NCBI GenBank assembly: GCA_002269645.1
Contig: NIVC01000455.1
Coordinates: forward strand, 248,001 to 312,000
From: Macrostomum lignano
Taxonomy: Eukaryota
Length of the DNA stretch: 64,000 nt
Direction: 5' to 3'
The notes beneath the pieces were generated by a model. It did not search any database. It was given only the letters and a program-made list of their open reading frames with translations, and was not told the DNA's origin. Position numbers and translations under genes: made by a program. Positions 24,801-36,734 of the stretch are shown piece by piece (positions within the stretch are counted from its first letter, which is position 1; every line of letters begins with the position of its first letter).

Positions 24801-26608
24801 TCAGTCCCAGTTTCAAACCAATCAGTCCCAGTTTCAAACCAATCAGTCCCAGTTTCAAACCAATCAGTCCCAGTTTCACACCAATCAGTACCAGTTTCAA
24901 ACCAATCAGTCCCAGTTTCAAACCAATCAGTCCCAGTTTCACACCAATCAGTCCCAGTTTCACACCAATCAGTCCCAGTTTCACACCAATCAGTCCCAGT
25001 TTCACACCAATCAGTCCCAGTTTCAAACCAATCAGTCCCAGTTTCAAACCAATCAGTCCCAGTTTCAAACCAATCAGTCCCAGTTTCACACCAATCAGTC
25101 CCAGTTTCACACCAATCAGTCCCAGTTTCAAACCACCCCCTCCCGCCCAGGTGTTCATCGCGGACTTCGAACCCCCGCCCGCCAACCTTGTGCCCAGCCT
25201 GATGGCGGACTTCCTCAACTGGCTGAACTCTGAGGACACCGCCGAGCTGCACCCGGTGGAGGTGGCCGCCCTGGCGCACTGGAAGCTGGTGTACATTCAC
25301 CCATTCTACGATGGCAACGGCCGCACCGCCAGGTCTGTGATGGGGATGCGCGGATATTTTAATGCGAACTGTTTTCTAAATGGCATCCGGAGTTTGGTGA
25401 ATTTTTTCATTTCGGTACCATTTTAGCATTTCAGGGCCTTTTTTAGTCTTTGGTGTCGTTTTAAGAATTCCGGGTGCCATTTTCAGGATTCCTTGGTGCC
25501 ATTTTCAGGATTTCTTGGTGCCATTTTCAGGATTCCTTGGTGCCATTTTCAGGATTCCTTGGTGCCATTTTCAGGATTCCTTGGTGACATTTCAGGATTT
25601 TTTGGTGCCATTTTCAGGATTCCTTGGTGCCATTTTTAGGATTCCTTGATGCCATTTTCAGGATTCCTTGGTGCCATTTTCAGGATTCCTTGGTGCCATT
25701 TTCAGGATTCCTTGGTGCCATTTTCAGGATTCCTTGGTGACATTTCAGGATTTTTTGGTGCCATTTTCAGGATTCCTTGGTGCCATTTTCAGGATTCCTT
25801 GGTGCCATTTTCAGGATTCCTTGGTGCCATTTTCAGGATTCCTTGGTGCCATTTTCAGGATTCCTTGGTGACATTTTCAGGATTCCTTGGTGCCATTTTC
25901 AGGATTCCTTGGTGCCATTTTCAGGATTCCTTGGTGACATTTTCAGGATTCCTTGGTGCCATTTTCAGGATTCCTTGGTGCCATTTTCAGGATTCCTTGG
26001 TGCCATTTTCAGGATTCCTTGGTGCCATTTTCAGGATTCCTTGGTGACATTTTCATGATTTTGGGTGCCATTTTCAGGATTTCTTGGTGCCATTTTCAGG
26101 ATTCCTTGGTGCCATTTTCAGGATTTCTTGGTGCCATTTTCAGGATTTCTTGGTGCCATTTTCAGGATTCCTTGGTGCCATTTTCAGGATTCCTTGGTGC
26201 CATTTTTCAGGATTTTTTGGTGCCATTTTCAGGATTCCTTGGTGCCATTTTCAGGATTTTACTGTAAGATTATGAATTTTAGTGTCATTTTTTCTCTTCG
26301 GTGCGAAACTCGAACCCCAACCCCCTCGCCGCAGGCTGCTGATGAACCTGATCCTCATGCGATCCGGCTACCCACCGGCCATTGTCCGGGTGGAGGAGCG
26401 GGCCATCTACTACCAGCTCATCAAGGAGGCCAACGAAGGCGACGTCCGGCCTTTCATCCGCTTCATCGGGCACTGCACGGAGGCCACCATCGATGAGTTC
26501 CTGCTCACCGCACAGCGGGTGTCCGACTTTGAGGCGGCGGAGTCCGGCGCCTCGCTGTCGCTTGCCAAGCAGTCAGAGGACTGCAAGCCGAGGGTCATCA
26601 ACCTGTGA
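18877..26608 (+). CDS. FICD: FIC domain-containing AMPylase (HYPE), 607 aa; exons 18877-19600, 23254-23483, 23944-24357, 25151-25332, 26335-26608
   Basis: TPR region (AKRLLEHARQLNP..KAEHYYGKAL), RTLPLVEQIDQ, inhibitory SNAIEGN, catalytic HPFYDGNGRTAR, RLLMNLILMRSGYPP, ANEGDVRPFIRFI; all phases consistent (1824 nt). Exon 1 link inferred from its N-terminal TM anchor and phase-1 donor G|GTAAT. Confidence 0.93.
21865..23100. repeat. GATTGGATTAT-based minisatellite (24-bp then 29-bp units) in FICD intron 1
   Basis: Direct tandem repetition. Confidence 0.95.
24362..25133. repeat. 21-bp minisatellite AACCAATCAGTCCCAGTTTCA filling FICD intron 3
   Basis: Direct tandem repetition between donor 24358 and acceptor 25150. 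Confidence 0.97.
25470..26260. repeat. 22-bp minisatellite CCATTTTCAGGATTCCTTGGTG in FICD intron 4
   Basis: Direct tandem repetition. Confidence 0.95.
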
Positions 26609-27529
26609 CGCCTGGGCTGGCGGCTGCAAGCGTTGACATTGATGTTTTTATCTGGGGCCAACAACATCATTTCACGTTGTAGTCCTCAATCCCGGATTAT
26701 ATGAACTTCAAACATTATAATCCCCTAAATTCATAATCCCCAATGCATAATCCTCACAAATTCATACCATTGAATTCACAATCCCCCAATTCATACTTCC
26801 CCAATTCATAATCCCCCAATTCATAATTCCGTCGAATTCATAATCCCTTAAATTCATAATCCCTACTAAATTCACAATCCCCAAAATTCCATAATCCTCT
26901 CATTTGACGACATAAAAAGAGTAATAATTATTTGAGTTGTAAAAGCACCTTAAAAATCCTATTAAGCTACTAAATAAGTAGCTTAAAGCATCATCTTTAT
27001 CTCATTTGGTGCTGCAGTGCCCATCATCATTAATAAAATTCCAGCTGTTAAATTTGCATTGAGTTTATTTTGTTTTTTTCTTGTTTGCTTTTCTGGAAAA
27101 AAAGGTTTTGCCAAAAATTCGTCTTGTACTTCTTATATATGCTTATGTAGTCAGTAATATAGCGTGCGCATCTTCTGTATAAATTGAATTTTCTGTATAA
27201 AGAATGGGCAATAATATAAATTATCGACACTGCAGAGCAATGTGATATTCCTGAGCTGCCAAACCCATTGTGATTCTGTGCATGATAAAATATTTGCTGC
27301 ATCTGCCACCCACTGTGCACCCATTTGTTTATTCTAAAGAGAGTTTGTTTGATTCTGTTTCAGTGCTGCCGGTACTATCAGTAGCTAACACGCGTATATT
27401 TATTATTTTCAGATTGAAATTATTTTTGTTGCAAGTTTTATTAGTCTGTTGTTTCTGCCCTCCCCTCCTGCTTTGAGATTTGAAATAAAAATATATGTAT
27501 GAAAGTATCCGTAAAAATGTCTTTTTAGA

Positions 27530-28190
27530 CGGTTTAGGTCTGTCCATTCTCAGGTTTAGGTCTGTCCATTCTCAGGTTTAGGTCTGTCCATTCTTAGGTT
27601 TAGATCTGTCCATTTCTATGTTTAGGTCTGTCCATTCTCAGGTTTAGGTCTGTCCATTCCTATGTTTAGGTCCGTCCATTCTCAGGTTTAGGTCTGTCCA
27701 TTCTTAGGTTTAGATCTGTCCATTTCTATGTTTAGGTCTGTCCATTCTCAGGTTTAGGTCTGTCCATTCCTATGTTTAGGTCCGTCCATTCTCAGGTTTA
27801 GGTCTGTCCATTCTTAGGTTTAGATCTGTCCATTTCTATGTTTAGGTCTGTCCATTCTCAGGTTTAGGTCTGTCCATTCTTAGGTTTAGATCTGTCCATT
27901 CTTAGGTTTAGGTCTGTCCATTCTCAGGTTTAGGTCTGTCCATTCTTAGGTTTAGATCTGTCCATTCTTAGGTTTAGGTCTGTCCATTCTCAGGTTTAGG
28001 TCTGTTCATTTTCAGGTTTAGGTCTGTCCATTCTCAGGTTTAGGTTTGTCCATTCTTAGGTTTAGGTCTGTCCATTCTCAGGTTTAGGTCTGTCCATTCT
28101 CAGGTTTAGGTCTGTTCATTCTCAGGTTTAGGTCTGTCCATTCTCAGGTTTAGGTCTGTCCATTCTTAGGTTTAAGGCTGTCCATTCTTA
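27530..28190. repeat. 22-bp minisatellite GGTTTAGGTCTGTCCATTCTCA
   Basis: Direct tandem repetition. Confidence 0.95.
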
Positions 28191-28298
28191 GTTTTGGACA
28201 ATTTCTATTAGATTTATTTTAGCTGCCCACTTTAGGTTTGCGGCGCTGATTTATTACTGGGCTGCTGATTGTCACATCTCTTAACTGTCCGCTCGCAG

Positions 28299-31200
28299 CT
28301 GCTTTTTAAGCGAAGCCGCCCTCCACCGCCTTCGCCATCCGTGGCGCTGGCCGCCTCCGCCGCCGTCCTGCAGCCTCGCCAGCTGCTCCAGGCCTGCCCG
28401 GTGTCCACCAGCTGCCGCCGGCCCTTCCTCCAGAGCATCATCTCCGTTCGCGCCACCGACCGGGAGCGCAAAGTGGAGGAGCGGCGCCAGCTGGAGCGGC
28501 GGCGCCGGCTGGAGGACCTCACCAGACAGGCCGCCGTGGCCGCCCCGGCGCCGGCCAGACTGCGGCAGCCGGAGGCGGCCTTCAGCCCGGAGGTCTTGGC
28601 TGATAAAGAGCGGCGCCGGCAGGAATTCCACGACTCCATCTTCCTGTACATGCAGCGGTACGGCCGCACCAGGCGGGGCCACGTTGAGTTCATCGAGGCC
28701 ATGCGGAGCCGCCTGCAGGAGCTGGGCGTGCACAAGGATCTGCAGGTAGGGTTCGTTGGGTAGGGTGGGGTTTCGTTGGGTAGGGTGGGGTTTCGTTGGG
28801 TAGGGTGGGGTTTGGTTGGGTAGGGTGGGGTTTCGTTGGGTAGGGTGGGGTTTCGTTGGGTAGGGTGGGGTTTCGTTGGGTAGGGTGGGGTTTCGTTGGG
28901 TAGGGTGGGGTTTGGTTGGGTAGGGTTTGGTTGGGTAGGGTTTGGTTGGGTAGGGTTGGGTTTGGTTGGGTAGGGTTGGGTTTGGTTGGGTAGGGTTGGG
29001 TTTGGTTGGGTAGGGTGGGGTTTGGTTGGGTTTGGTTGGGTAGGGTTATGTTTTGTTGGGTAGGGTTGGGTTTGGTTGGGTAGGGTGGGGTTTGGTTGGG
29101 TAGGGTGGGGTTCGGTTGGGTAGGGTTTGGTTGGGTAGGGTTTGGTTGGGTAGGGTTGGGTTTGGTTGGGTAGGGTAGGGTTTGGTAGGGTAGGGTTTAG
29201 TTGGGTAGGGTTTGGTTGGGTAGGGTTGGGTTTGGTTGGGTAGGGTGGGGTTTGGTAGGGTAGGGTTTGGTTGGGTAGGGTTTGGTTGGGTAGGGTTGGG
29301 TTTGGTTGGGTAGGGTGGGGTTTGGTTGTGTAGGGTTTGGTTGGGTAGGGTTTGGTTGGGTAGGGTTGGGTTTGGTTGGGTAGGGTGGGGTTTGGTTGTG
29401 TAGGGTGGGTTTGGTTGGGTAGGGTTGGGTTTGGTTGGGTAGGGTGGGGTTTGGTTGGGTTTGGTTGGGTAGGGTGGGGTTTGGTAGGGTAGGGTAGGGT
29501 GGGGTTTGGTTGTGTAGGGTGGGGTTTGGTTGGGTAGGGTTGGGTTTGGTTGGGTAGGGTGGGGTTTGGTTGGGTAGGGTGGGGTTTGGTTGGGTAGGGT
29601 GGGGTTCGGTTGGGTAGGGTGGGGTTGAGCAGAGTGGGGTTCAGCAGGGTCTGTTTGAGTAGGGCGGGCATACTGCAGTTACATAAGCCATCAGGGCACT
29701 GAGTACCAACCAGGCCTTCATAGCAGCAGCTTCCCCCGCCCCTCAGAGCTACAAGGCCCTGCTAGACGTGTTCCCCAAGGAGGTGATGCGGGTGCGCACG
29801 ATGTGGCAGAGCGAGTTCAGGCACTACCCCAGACAGCAGGACACGGCCATCGCTCTGCTGGACACGATGAACGAGCACGGAGTGATGCCGGACACGGACA
29901 TGGGCCTGCAGATCAGTCGGATATTCGGCACCGAGTCCTACGTGATGACCAAGTTCCAGCGCATGATGTACTGGATGCCCAAGCTGCGGCACGCTGACCC
30001 GTGGCCGGCTGTGAGGCTCACCAGCTCCGGCCTGCAGTATCTGCCCGCGCCCGAGAGCTTCAGGTTGGCTGGCTGTGAATATATTATTTTATCCGGCAAA
30101 GTACTAACATCGACTAATGGTGAACACCAGTGCTTAAATATTTAGCATTCATAAAGGTTTTAGATGAATGAGTCACGGATGCATGAGTCAGGAATGAATG
30201 AGTCACGAAGGAATGAGTCACGGATGTATGAGTCACGGAGGAATGAGTCTCGGATGTATGAGTCACGGAGGAATGAGTCTCGGATGTATGAGTCACAGAG
30301 GAATGAGTCATGGATGTGTGAGTCACGGATGTATGTGTCACGTACGCCAGTGCAGATGGCACAATTCTAAAAATAGTCCAAAGTGTACGCATAACACAAC
30401 CTATACTCCAACGCTGCACAGGCTTAGAGCGGAAGTACATTATGCAATAAATAATGTACTCAAATATTAGTTTTAAAGATTTTGTCCCCCTACTGGCAAA
30501 GCGTTACTTCAGTACTATTATTGTATTAGCACGATTCGAGACTAGAAAATACTGTGCTGTCGTCCTACATAGATTCTGAATACTGGTTATTGCCTATGGA
30601 ACGAGACAATGCGTTACGTTGCGTTCTTGCTTGCGCATTGCTTCTTTATTTAGATTGTTTTGTGTTTCGCATCGCAAATACTTTGCTTTTCACTGCAATC
30701 ACTTCCCAATCGATTCGTCAGGTTTCGCTTAGGACTTTTTCGGATATTGCATTTACAAAGCGCAGCTAAACAAACTGGCTTATTGCTTGGATGCCAACCG
30801 TTTTAAGTTGATTCTGAGTTACTAGCGAGACTGTGCTCACATCTGGGTCGATAGTTGACGTCCACAAAATCTGTTCGTTCTCCAAATGCCTTCTGGACGA
30901 TTCTCAGGATTGTTCATTGTGAATCGCTTTGTAAAATCTGCACGTTCTCCAAATGCCTTCTGGACGATCGATTCTCAGGATTGAGCATTGTGAATCGCTT
31001 TGTAAAATCTGCAGGTTCTCCAAATGCCTTCTGGACGATCGATTCTCAGAATTGTTCATTGTGAATCGCTTTGTAAAATCTGCACGTTCTCCAAATGCCG
31101 TCTGGACGATTCTCAGGATTGTTCATTGTGAATCGCTTTGTAAAATCTGCACGCTCTCCAAATGCCTTACGGACGATTCTCAGGATTGTTCATTGTGAAT

Positions 31201-34200
31201 CGCTTTGTAAAATCTGCACGTTCTCCAAATGCCGTCTGGACGATTCTCAGGATTGTTCATTGTGAATCGCTTTGTAAAATCTGCACGCTCTCCAAATGCC
31301 TTACGGACGATTCTCAGGATTGTTCATTGTGAATCGCTTTGTAAAATCTGCACGTTCTCCAAATGCCGTCTGGACGATTCTCAGGATTGAGCATTGTGAA
31401 TCGCTTTGTAAAATTTGCACGCTCTCCAAATGCCTTACGGACGATTCTCAGGATTGTTTATTGTGAATCGCTTTGTAAAATCTGCACGTTCTCCAAATGC
31501 CGTCTGGACGATTCTCAGGATTGAGCATTGTGAATCGCTTTGTAAAATCTGCACGTTCTCCAAATGCCGTCTGGACGATTCTCAGGATTGTTCATTGTGA
31601 ATCGCTTTGTAAAATCTGCACGTTCTCCAAATGCCGTCTGGACGATTCTCAGGATTGAGCATTGTGAATCGCTTTGTAAAATCTGCACGTTCTCCAAATG
31701 CCGTCTGGACGATTCTCAGGATTGAGCATTGTGAATCGCTTTGTAAAATCTGCACGCTCTCCAAATGCCGTCTGGACGATTCTCAGGATTGAGCATTGTG
31801 AATCGCTTTGTAAAATCTGCACGTTCTCCAAATGCCGTCTGGACGATTCTCAGGATTGAGCATTGTGAATCGCTTTGTAAAATCTGCACGTTCTCCAAAT
31901 GCCGTCTGGACGATTCTCAGGATTGTTCATTGTGAATCGCTTTGTAAAATCTGCACGTTCTCCAAATGCCGTCTGGACGATTCTCAGGATTGAGCATTGT
32001 GAATCGCTTTGTAAAATCTGCACGTTCTCCAAATGCCGTCTGGACGATTCTCAGGATTGTTCATTGTGAATCGCTTTGTAAAATCTGCACGTTCTCCAAA
32101 TGCCGTCTGGACGATTCTCAGGATTGAGCATTGTGAATCGCTTTGTAAAATCTGCACGTTCTCCAAATGCCGTCTGGACGATTCTCAGGATTGAGCATTG
32201 TGAATCGCTTTGTAAAATCTGCACGCTCTCCAAATGCCGTCTGGACGATTCTCAGGATTGAGCATTGTGAATCGCTTTGTAAAATCTGCACGTTCTCCAA
32301 ATGCCGTCTGGACGATTCTCAGGATTGAGCATTGTGAATCGCTTTGTAAAATCTGCACGTTCTCCAAATGCCGTCTGGACGATTCTCAGGATTGAGCATT
32401 GTGAATCGCTTTGTAGCTGATTCGCCTTCGCGGTCTTGGAGATTCGTGGACTTCTTAGAGATTGGACCTGTTGCTCTCCAGTCATGATTGCACACTCCTT
32501 CTTGGATGACTCTCGCGTAGCTGGTACTCTTGGCAGTGACCGCGGCATCTCGAAAGTTTCTTTCAACGCGACATTCTTTTAATATCCGAGTTATTTTTTT
32601 TCTTTTCTGTCAGGCCATGCAGATTGTCAACAATTTTTTAGTAGTCTCGACCCTGAGGGCAGTCCGCAGTTTGCAGAGTTGCAGTCGTTTCTTTTGTGTG
32701 CTATTGAGCACAAATTTGTGTCGGCCAAGCTCGAGATGATGGAGGTCAGATGGCGCTGCGTCTCTAGGTCGAATATCAGTCTTAGACTTCCCCTTCCGCT
32801 GCAAGGCTTGCACTTCTTGAAGTGGAAGATGGTGTGAAGCTCCATCTCCCGCGTCGCAACGCCATGTTGCATATAGAAAAAGAAAGTTATGGAAAAAGCC
32901 ATAGACAGGAATGACTCTGACCGCTGAGGTCGAAAAAAAACTTATTAATACGCAACTTTAATCATATCATCATGAATAGAGGGCAGGGCAGCTCAGTTGT
33001 AAACGCGTCTGACTCTTGCGCCATGGACCTCTGGTCATGCCTGGACAAAGAGTGTACATGCCTGGCGATTAGAAATCCAGGCCGGCTGTGCACCCTGTGA
33101 GCGTGTGTGAGAGTGTGCGCCTGCGTACAGTATTGGTGCAGTTGCATGTGCTCACGGGTCAGCGGACTGGGTAGAATTGCCTTCGGCTCTGGCTGTGGGA
33201 CAGTCGCCGAAGGCTTTCTACCAGGATTCCCGCAGCCGTTTGCGAATCCAAAACAAGGTCCAGATAGATCCCGTAAAACCGCACCTGATCAATCTAAACG
33301 AAACCGGTGAACCGGAACTCCAACAGGGACCTGGCGGTCAGAGCGCTGCGCCGCATGTGTCCGGACCCGGAGACCCGGGTAACCACTTACAGCATGGACG
33401 GCCCGCCCGGCAGCGACCTGTTTGTGGCCAGTGCTCAGGCGCCCGCCCAGCAACAGCTGCTGACCGACATGGCTGCCGGGGCGCACGTGTATTTGGACGG
33501 GCCCAACTGGGTCTGGTTCGGGGAGCACCGGCTCAGCTACTATGCTCTGTCAGCTGATCCCACCCCGCTGGCCAGGGAGATGTGAGTTCTTATTTATTAA
33601 CTACCTTATTAAGGTGTATCGAAATGTTAGTTTATATCCTGCAATTTACTAATGCAGCTAGCTCAGATACCCTCTGCCGATATGTATCGAAATGTTTGTT
33701 TAAATCCTGCAACTTACAAATTCAGTTAGCTCAGATATCATCCGCCGATATGTATCGAAATGTTTGTTTAAATCAAAACAATTTACTAATGCAGTTAGCT
33801 CAGATACTCTCTACCGATATGTGTCGAAATGTTTGTTTAAATCCTGCCATTTACTAATGAAATTAGCTCTGATACCCTCTGCCGATATGTATCGAAATGT
33901 TTTTTTTAAATCCTGCAATTTACCAATGCAGTTAGCTGGGATATCCCTTGCCGATATATATCGAAAATAAATTAAAAGCGCACCAAATCTTCCTTCTCTA
34001 ATGCAGCGCTGCCCGCAAAGAAGCGACGGCGGCCGCTGCTGCTGAAACTCCGCAGAAACTTCGACCTCGCCTGATGGAAGAGGATTTCACCTGGTGGCGG
34101 CGACTTCGCTGCGCAGACGACGACGATGGCGATGGCGACCGCGGCGATGAGGATCAGCCGGATGGCGAGTTGGCGAGGGCGCCCAGCGAGCACGAGCTGC

Positions 34201-34430
34201 CCGACTGCACCGTGCTGTCCTTGGCCATCGCCAGCAGCTCAGGCGGCGCCGACCTGCTGCTCCGCTGGGTCCGCCTGCTGGCCGCCGAGCCCGGCAACGA
34301 GGCGCTGCAGCGGGCCGCCGTGGTGCTGCGGCTGCGGCCAAGTGACGGAGACGGCGATGCAGCTGATGGATCGGATGCTGCGGCATCCGGACAGGGTGGG
34401 GATAGCAGCCAGTCTGATGCGCGTGAATGA
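28299..34430 (+). CDS. ECSIT: ECSIT (complex I assembly / Toll pathway adaptor); exons 28299-28745, 29747-30063, 33327-33581, 34007-34430 (480 aa plus an unresolved 5' exon)
   Basis: RRGHVEFI..ELGVHKDL, YKALLDVFPK, HYPRQQ..NEHGVMPD, and C-terminal SEHELPDCTVLSLAI..LLRWVRLL motifs; phases consistent; Arg/Ser-rich presequence-like N-terminus. Confidence 0.9.
28746..29630. repeat. G-rich 15-20-bp minisatellite GTAGGGTGGGGTTTGGTTGG in the ECSIT intron starting at 28746
   Basis: Direct tandem repetition starting at the splice donor. Confidence 0.95.
30165..30335. repeat. Short ATGAGTCACGG-type minisatellite
   Basis: Direct tandem repetition. Confidence 0.85.
30870..32415. repeat. 67-bp minisatellite, about 23 copies, in an ECSIT intron
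   Basis: Direct repetition; ORF track recurs every 67 bp. Confidence 0.97.
32980..33260 (+). mobile_element. Degenerate tRNA-derived SINE related to the 44445 element
   Basis: tRNA-like head AGCTCAGTTGTAAACGCGTCTGACTCTT; shares AGTGTACATGCCT and GAGTGTGCGCCTGCGTAC with 44445-44808. Confidence 0.45.
33610..33965. repeat. Degenerate repeat of about 70 bp (GCAGTTAGCTCAGATA..GCCGATATGTATCGAAATG) in the last ECSIT intron
   Basis: About 5 imperfect copies. Confidence 0.8.
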
Positions 34431-34550
34431 AATCAGTGAGATGCGCGTGAATGGGGTCAGTGTGATGCGCGTGAATGAGGTTAGTGTGATGCGCGTGAAT
34501 GAGGTCAGTGTGATGCGCGTGAATGAGGTCAGTGTGATGCGCGTGAATCG
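34418..34550. repeat. 24-bp minisatellite GATGCGCGTGAATGAGGTCAGTGT overlapping the ECSIT stop codon
   Basis: About 5 copies; the first copy is the last codons D-A-R-E-stop. Confidence 0.9.
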
Positions 34551-35004
34551 GGTAACCGTGTGAGGTGTCACCGAGTTCTGTAGATGAGGTGCCGCTCAGT
34601 CACTGAGCATAGATAGGTTTGTTTCCAAAGCATTTTTGACTTTTTACTTGCTGTCCACCAATAAAGTTTGCTGCTAGCCTCAACAACACTAAAATTATGA
34701 TGTTTAACAAAGTACGAGTGTTTTCAAGGTAGCTCTTTGCCTGTAGAATATATTATGCATTGAGAAATTTTAAATAAATATTTTGCATTCGTTTTCGTTA
34801 GCACTGTTAAGGCAAAGCCACAAACCTAACACGAACCGATGGCTTGCATAGTTGAGTTTACACGCTCTTTAAACGATTTTGTAGTCTGTAAAGAAGTCCT
34901 GCTTGATGCAGTGCTTTAACAAAAATATCTGCAGATCAAATCACAGAACGGTTTTGCCAAATTTATGGGCCATTGGTTATGAGAGTTTGTGCTATAAATA
35001 ATTC

Positions 35005-35400
35005 ATGCAGCTGGGGAGTGGTGGGGTTGGTGCAGCTGGGGAGTGGTCGGGTTGGTGCAGCTTGGGAGTAGTGGGGTTGGTGCAGCTGGGGAGTAGTGGG
35101 GTTGGTGCAGCTGGGGAGTGGTGGGGTTGTTGCAGCTGGGGAGTAGTGGGGTTGGTGCAGCTGGGGAGTAGTGGGGTTGGTGCAGCTGGGGAGTAGTGGG
35201 GTTGGTGCAGCTGGGGAGTGGTGGGGTTGGTGCAGCTGGGGAGTAGTGGGGTTGTTGCAGCTGGGGAGTGGTGGGGTTGGTGCAGCTGGGGAGTGGTGGG
35301 GTTGGTGCAGCTGGGGAGTAGTGGGGTTGTTGCAGCTGGGGAGTGGTGGGGTTGGTGCAGCTTGGGATTAGTGGGGTTGGTGCAGCTGGGGAGTGGTAAT
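35005..35400. repeat. 25-bp G-rich minisatellite GCAGCTGGGGAGTAGTGGGGTTGGT
   Basis: Direct tandem repetition. Confidence 0.95.
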
Positions 35401-35432
35401 CTGCTTGAATGAGTTTACCTGCGTTCGTTGTA

Positions 35433-36569
35433 CACCATTTTACCTCTTATTTTGAACAAAGTCTTGTTCAAAAGAAACAAGCAGAACTTCAATTCTAACA
35501 CTTACAGAAGAACTCCAATTCAGACTGTCTGTGGCCAAAATTGTCCCCGAGTGACGCGCATGCGCAGATTTGAATTTCAAAAGAAACAAAGTCACAACAA
35601 ACACAGCATATCGACGAACATAAGAGTAAAATGAAAAAACAGGAACAAGACGGTGTCAGTTGGCCAACTGACCATCAATTGCCTGTCCACCAACGCAGCG
35701 AGGTACGTATGTAAACACACGGTTAAACCACTCAATGCATTTGTCCACAGAGATGCAGCCAATGGTTCTGTCCACCATGTTGTACAGAATGTCTCGCCGA
35801 TAGGCCGCCATTGACTGATTCCCGTGCTGCTCAGCTATCGGAGTGATGAAATTTTGCTGGTCTGCTGCCAGTTTTCTCTTCAGAGTGTCTTTCCAACAGG
35901 AGATTGAGTTCTCCACAGGACTCAAAAATGGACTGTATGATGGAAGCCGCTTGACCTGAATGGTGTCCGGAATCTCGTAGGCTGCTTTTCCGCTCTCCCT
36001 GACCTCACAGTCGTGTTCGCTGTTGACCTCTTGACTCCAAGTTGGCGCGCCAGTTCCACAAGTCATCCCAACAATCAGCAGCCCTGATGATACGGTCTCT
36101 GTCACTGTTGCTTAAACAATAGCGCACTGCCGAGGCTGCTTTTCCATGATATCTTTATCGAATTCTGCTTCAAATTCATCGATTCCATCTTCTTCCAGCA
36201 ATTCATCGTTTTCTTCAATCTGATCTTCAGCATTCATATCGTTTCTTATTGCGCAACGATTGTACAGTATGCAGTACAGGAAAAACAAAAAGTTAGATTA
36301 ATGTACTAAAATGTACTTGTACCTATCTGCAAAAATCTCTGTCGAAATAGAAGGTGACTTTGTTTATTTTGAATTTCAATTCTGCGCATGCGCGTCACTC
36401 GGGGACAATTTTGGCCACAGACAGTCTGAATTGAAGTTCTGTTTCAATAGAAAGGGACTTTGTTTGAATTGAACTTCCGCAAGGGCTGATATTTCTTAAA
36501 GTGTTTGAATTGAAGTTCTGCTTGTTTCTTTTGAACAAGACTTTGTTCAAAATATGAGGTAAAATGGTG
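35433..36569 (-). mobile_element. Internally deleted IS630-Tc1-mariner DNA transposon with long composite TIRs and TA target duplication
   Basis: TA|CACCATTTTACCTC.TATTTTGAACAAAGTCTTGTTCAAAAGAAACAAGCAGAACTTCAATTC mirrored at 36569|TA; second inverted block (CAGACTGTCTGTGGCCAAAATTGTCCCCGAGTGACGCGCATGCGCAG); ORF 35656-36105 has RLPSYSPFLSPVE..WK (DDE_3 C-terminus). Confidence 0.9.
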
Positions 36570-36734
36570 TAATCCTGTCAACTCTAGCCTCTCAAGATCT
36601 TAGATAACTTGCAGCAAGAAAAATGCCTATCTGATGGAAGCTTCGCTTATTCACCAGAAGCTTTCCTATCTGCAACGCCCTGCTTATTCCAGAAGACCTT
36701 TCTGCAGCTTGTTTACAGAAAAAAGAAGGCGTGT

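Noticed and set aside
23902-25233. 443-aa FIC ORF with a QTNQSQF repeat domain
   Set aside because: Read-through of FICD intron 3; canonical GT-AG sites restore the conserved protein, and retention (793 nt) shifts the frame
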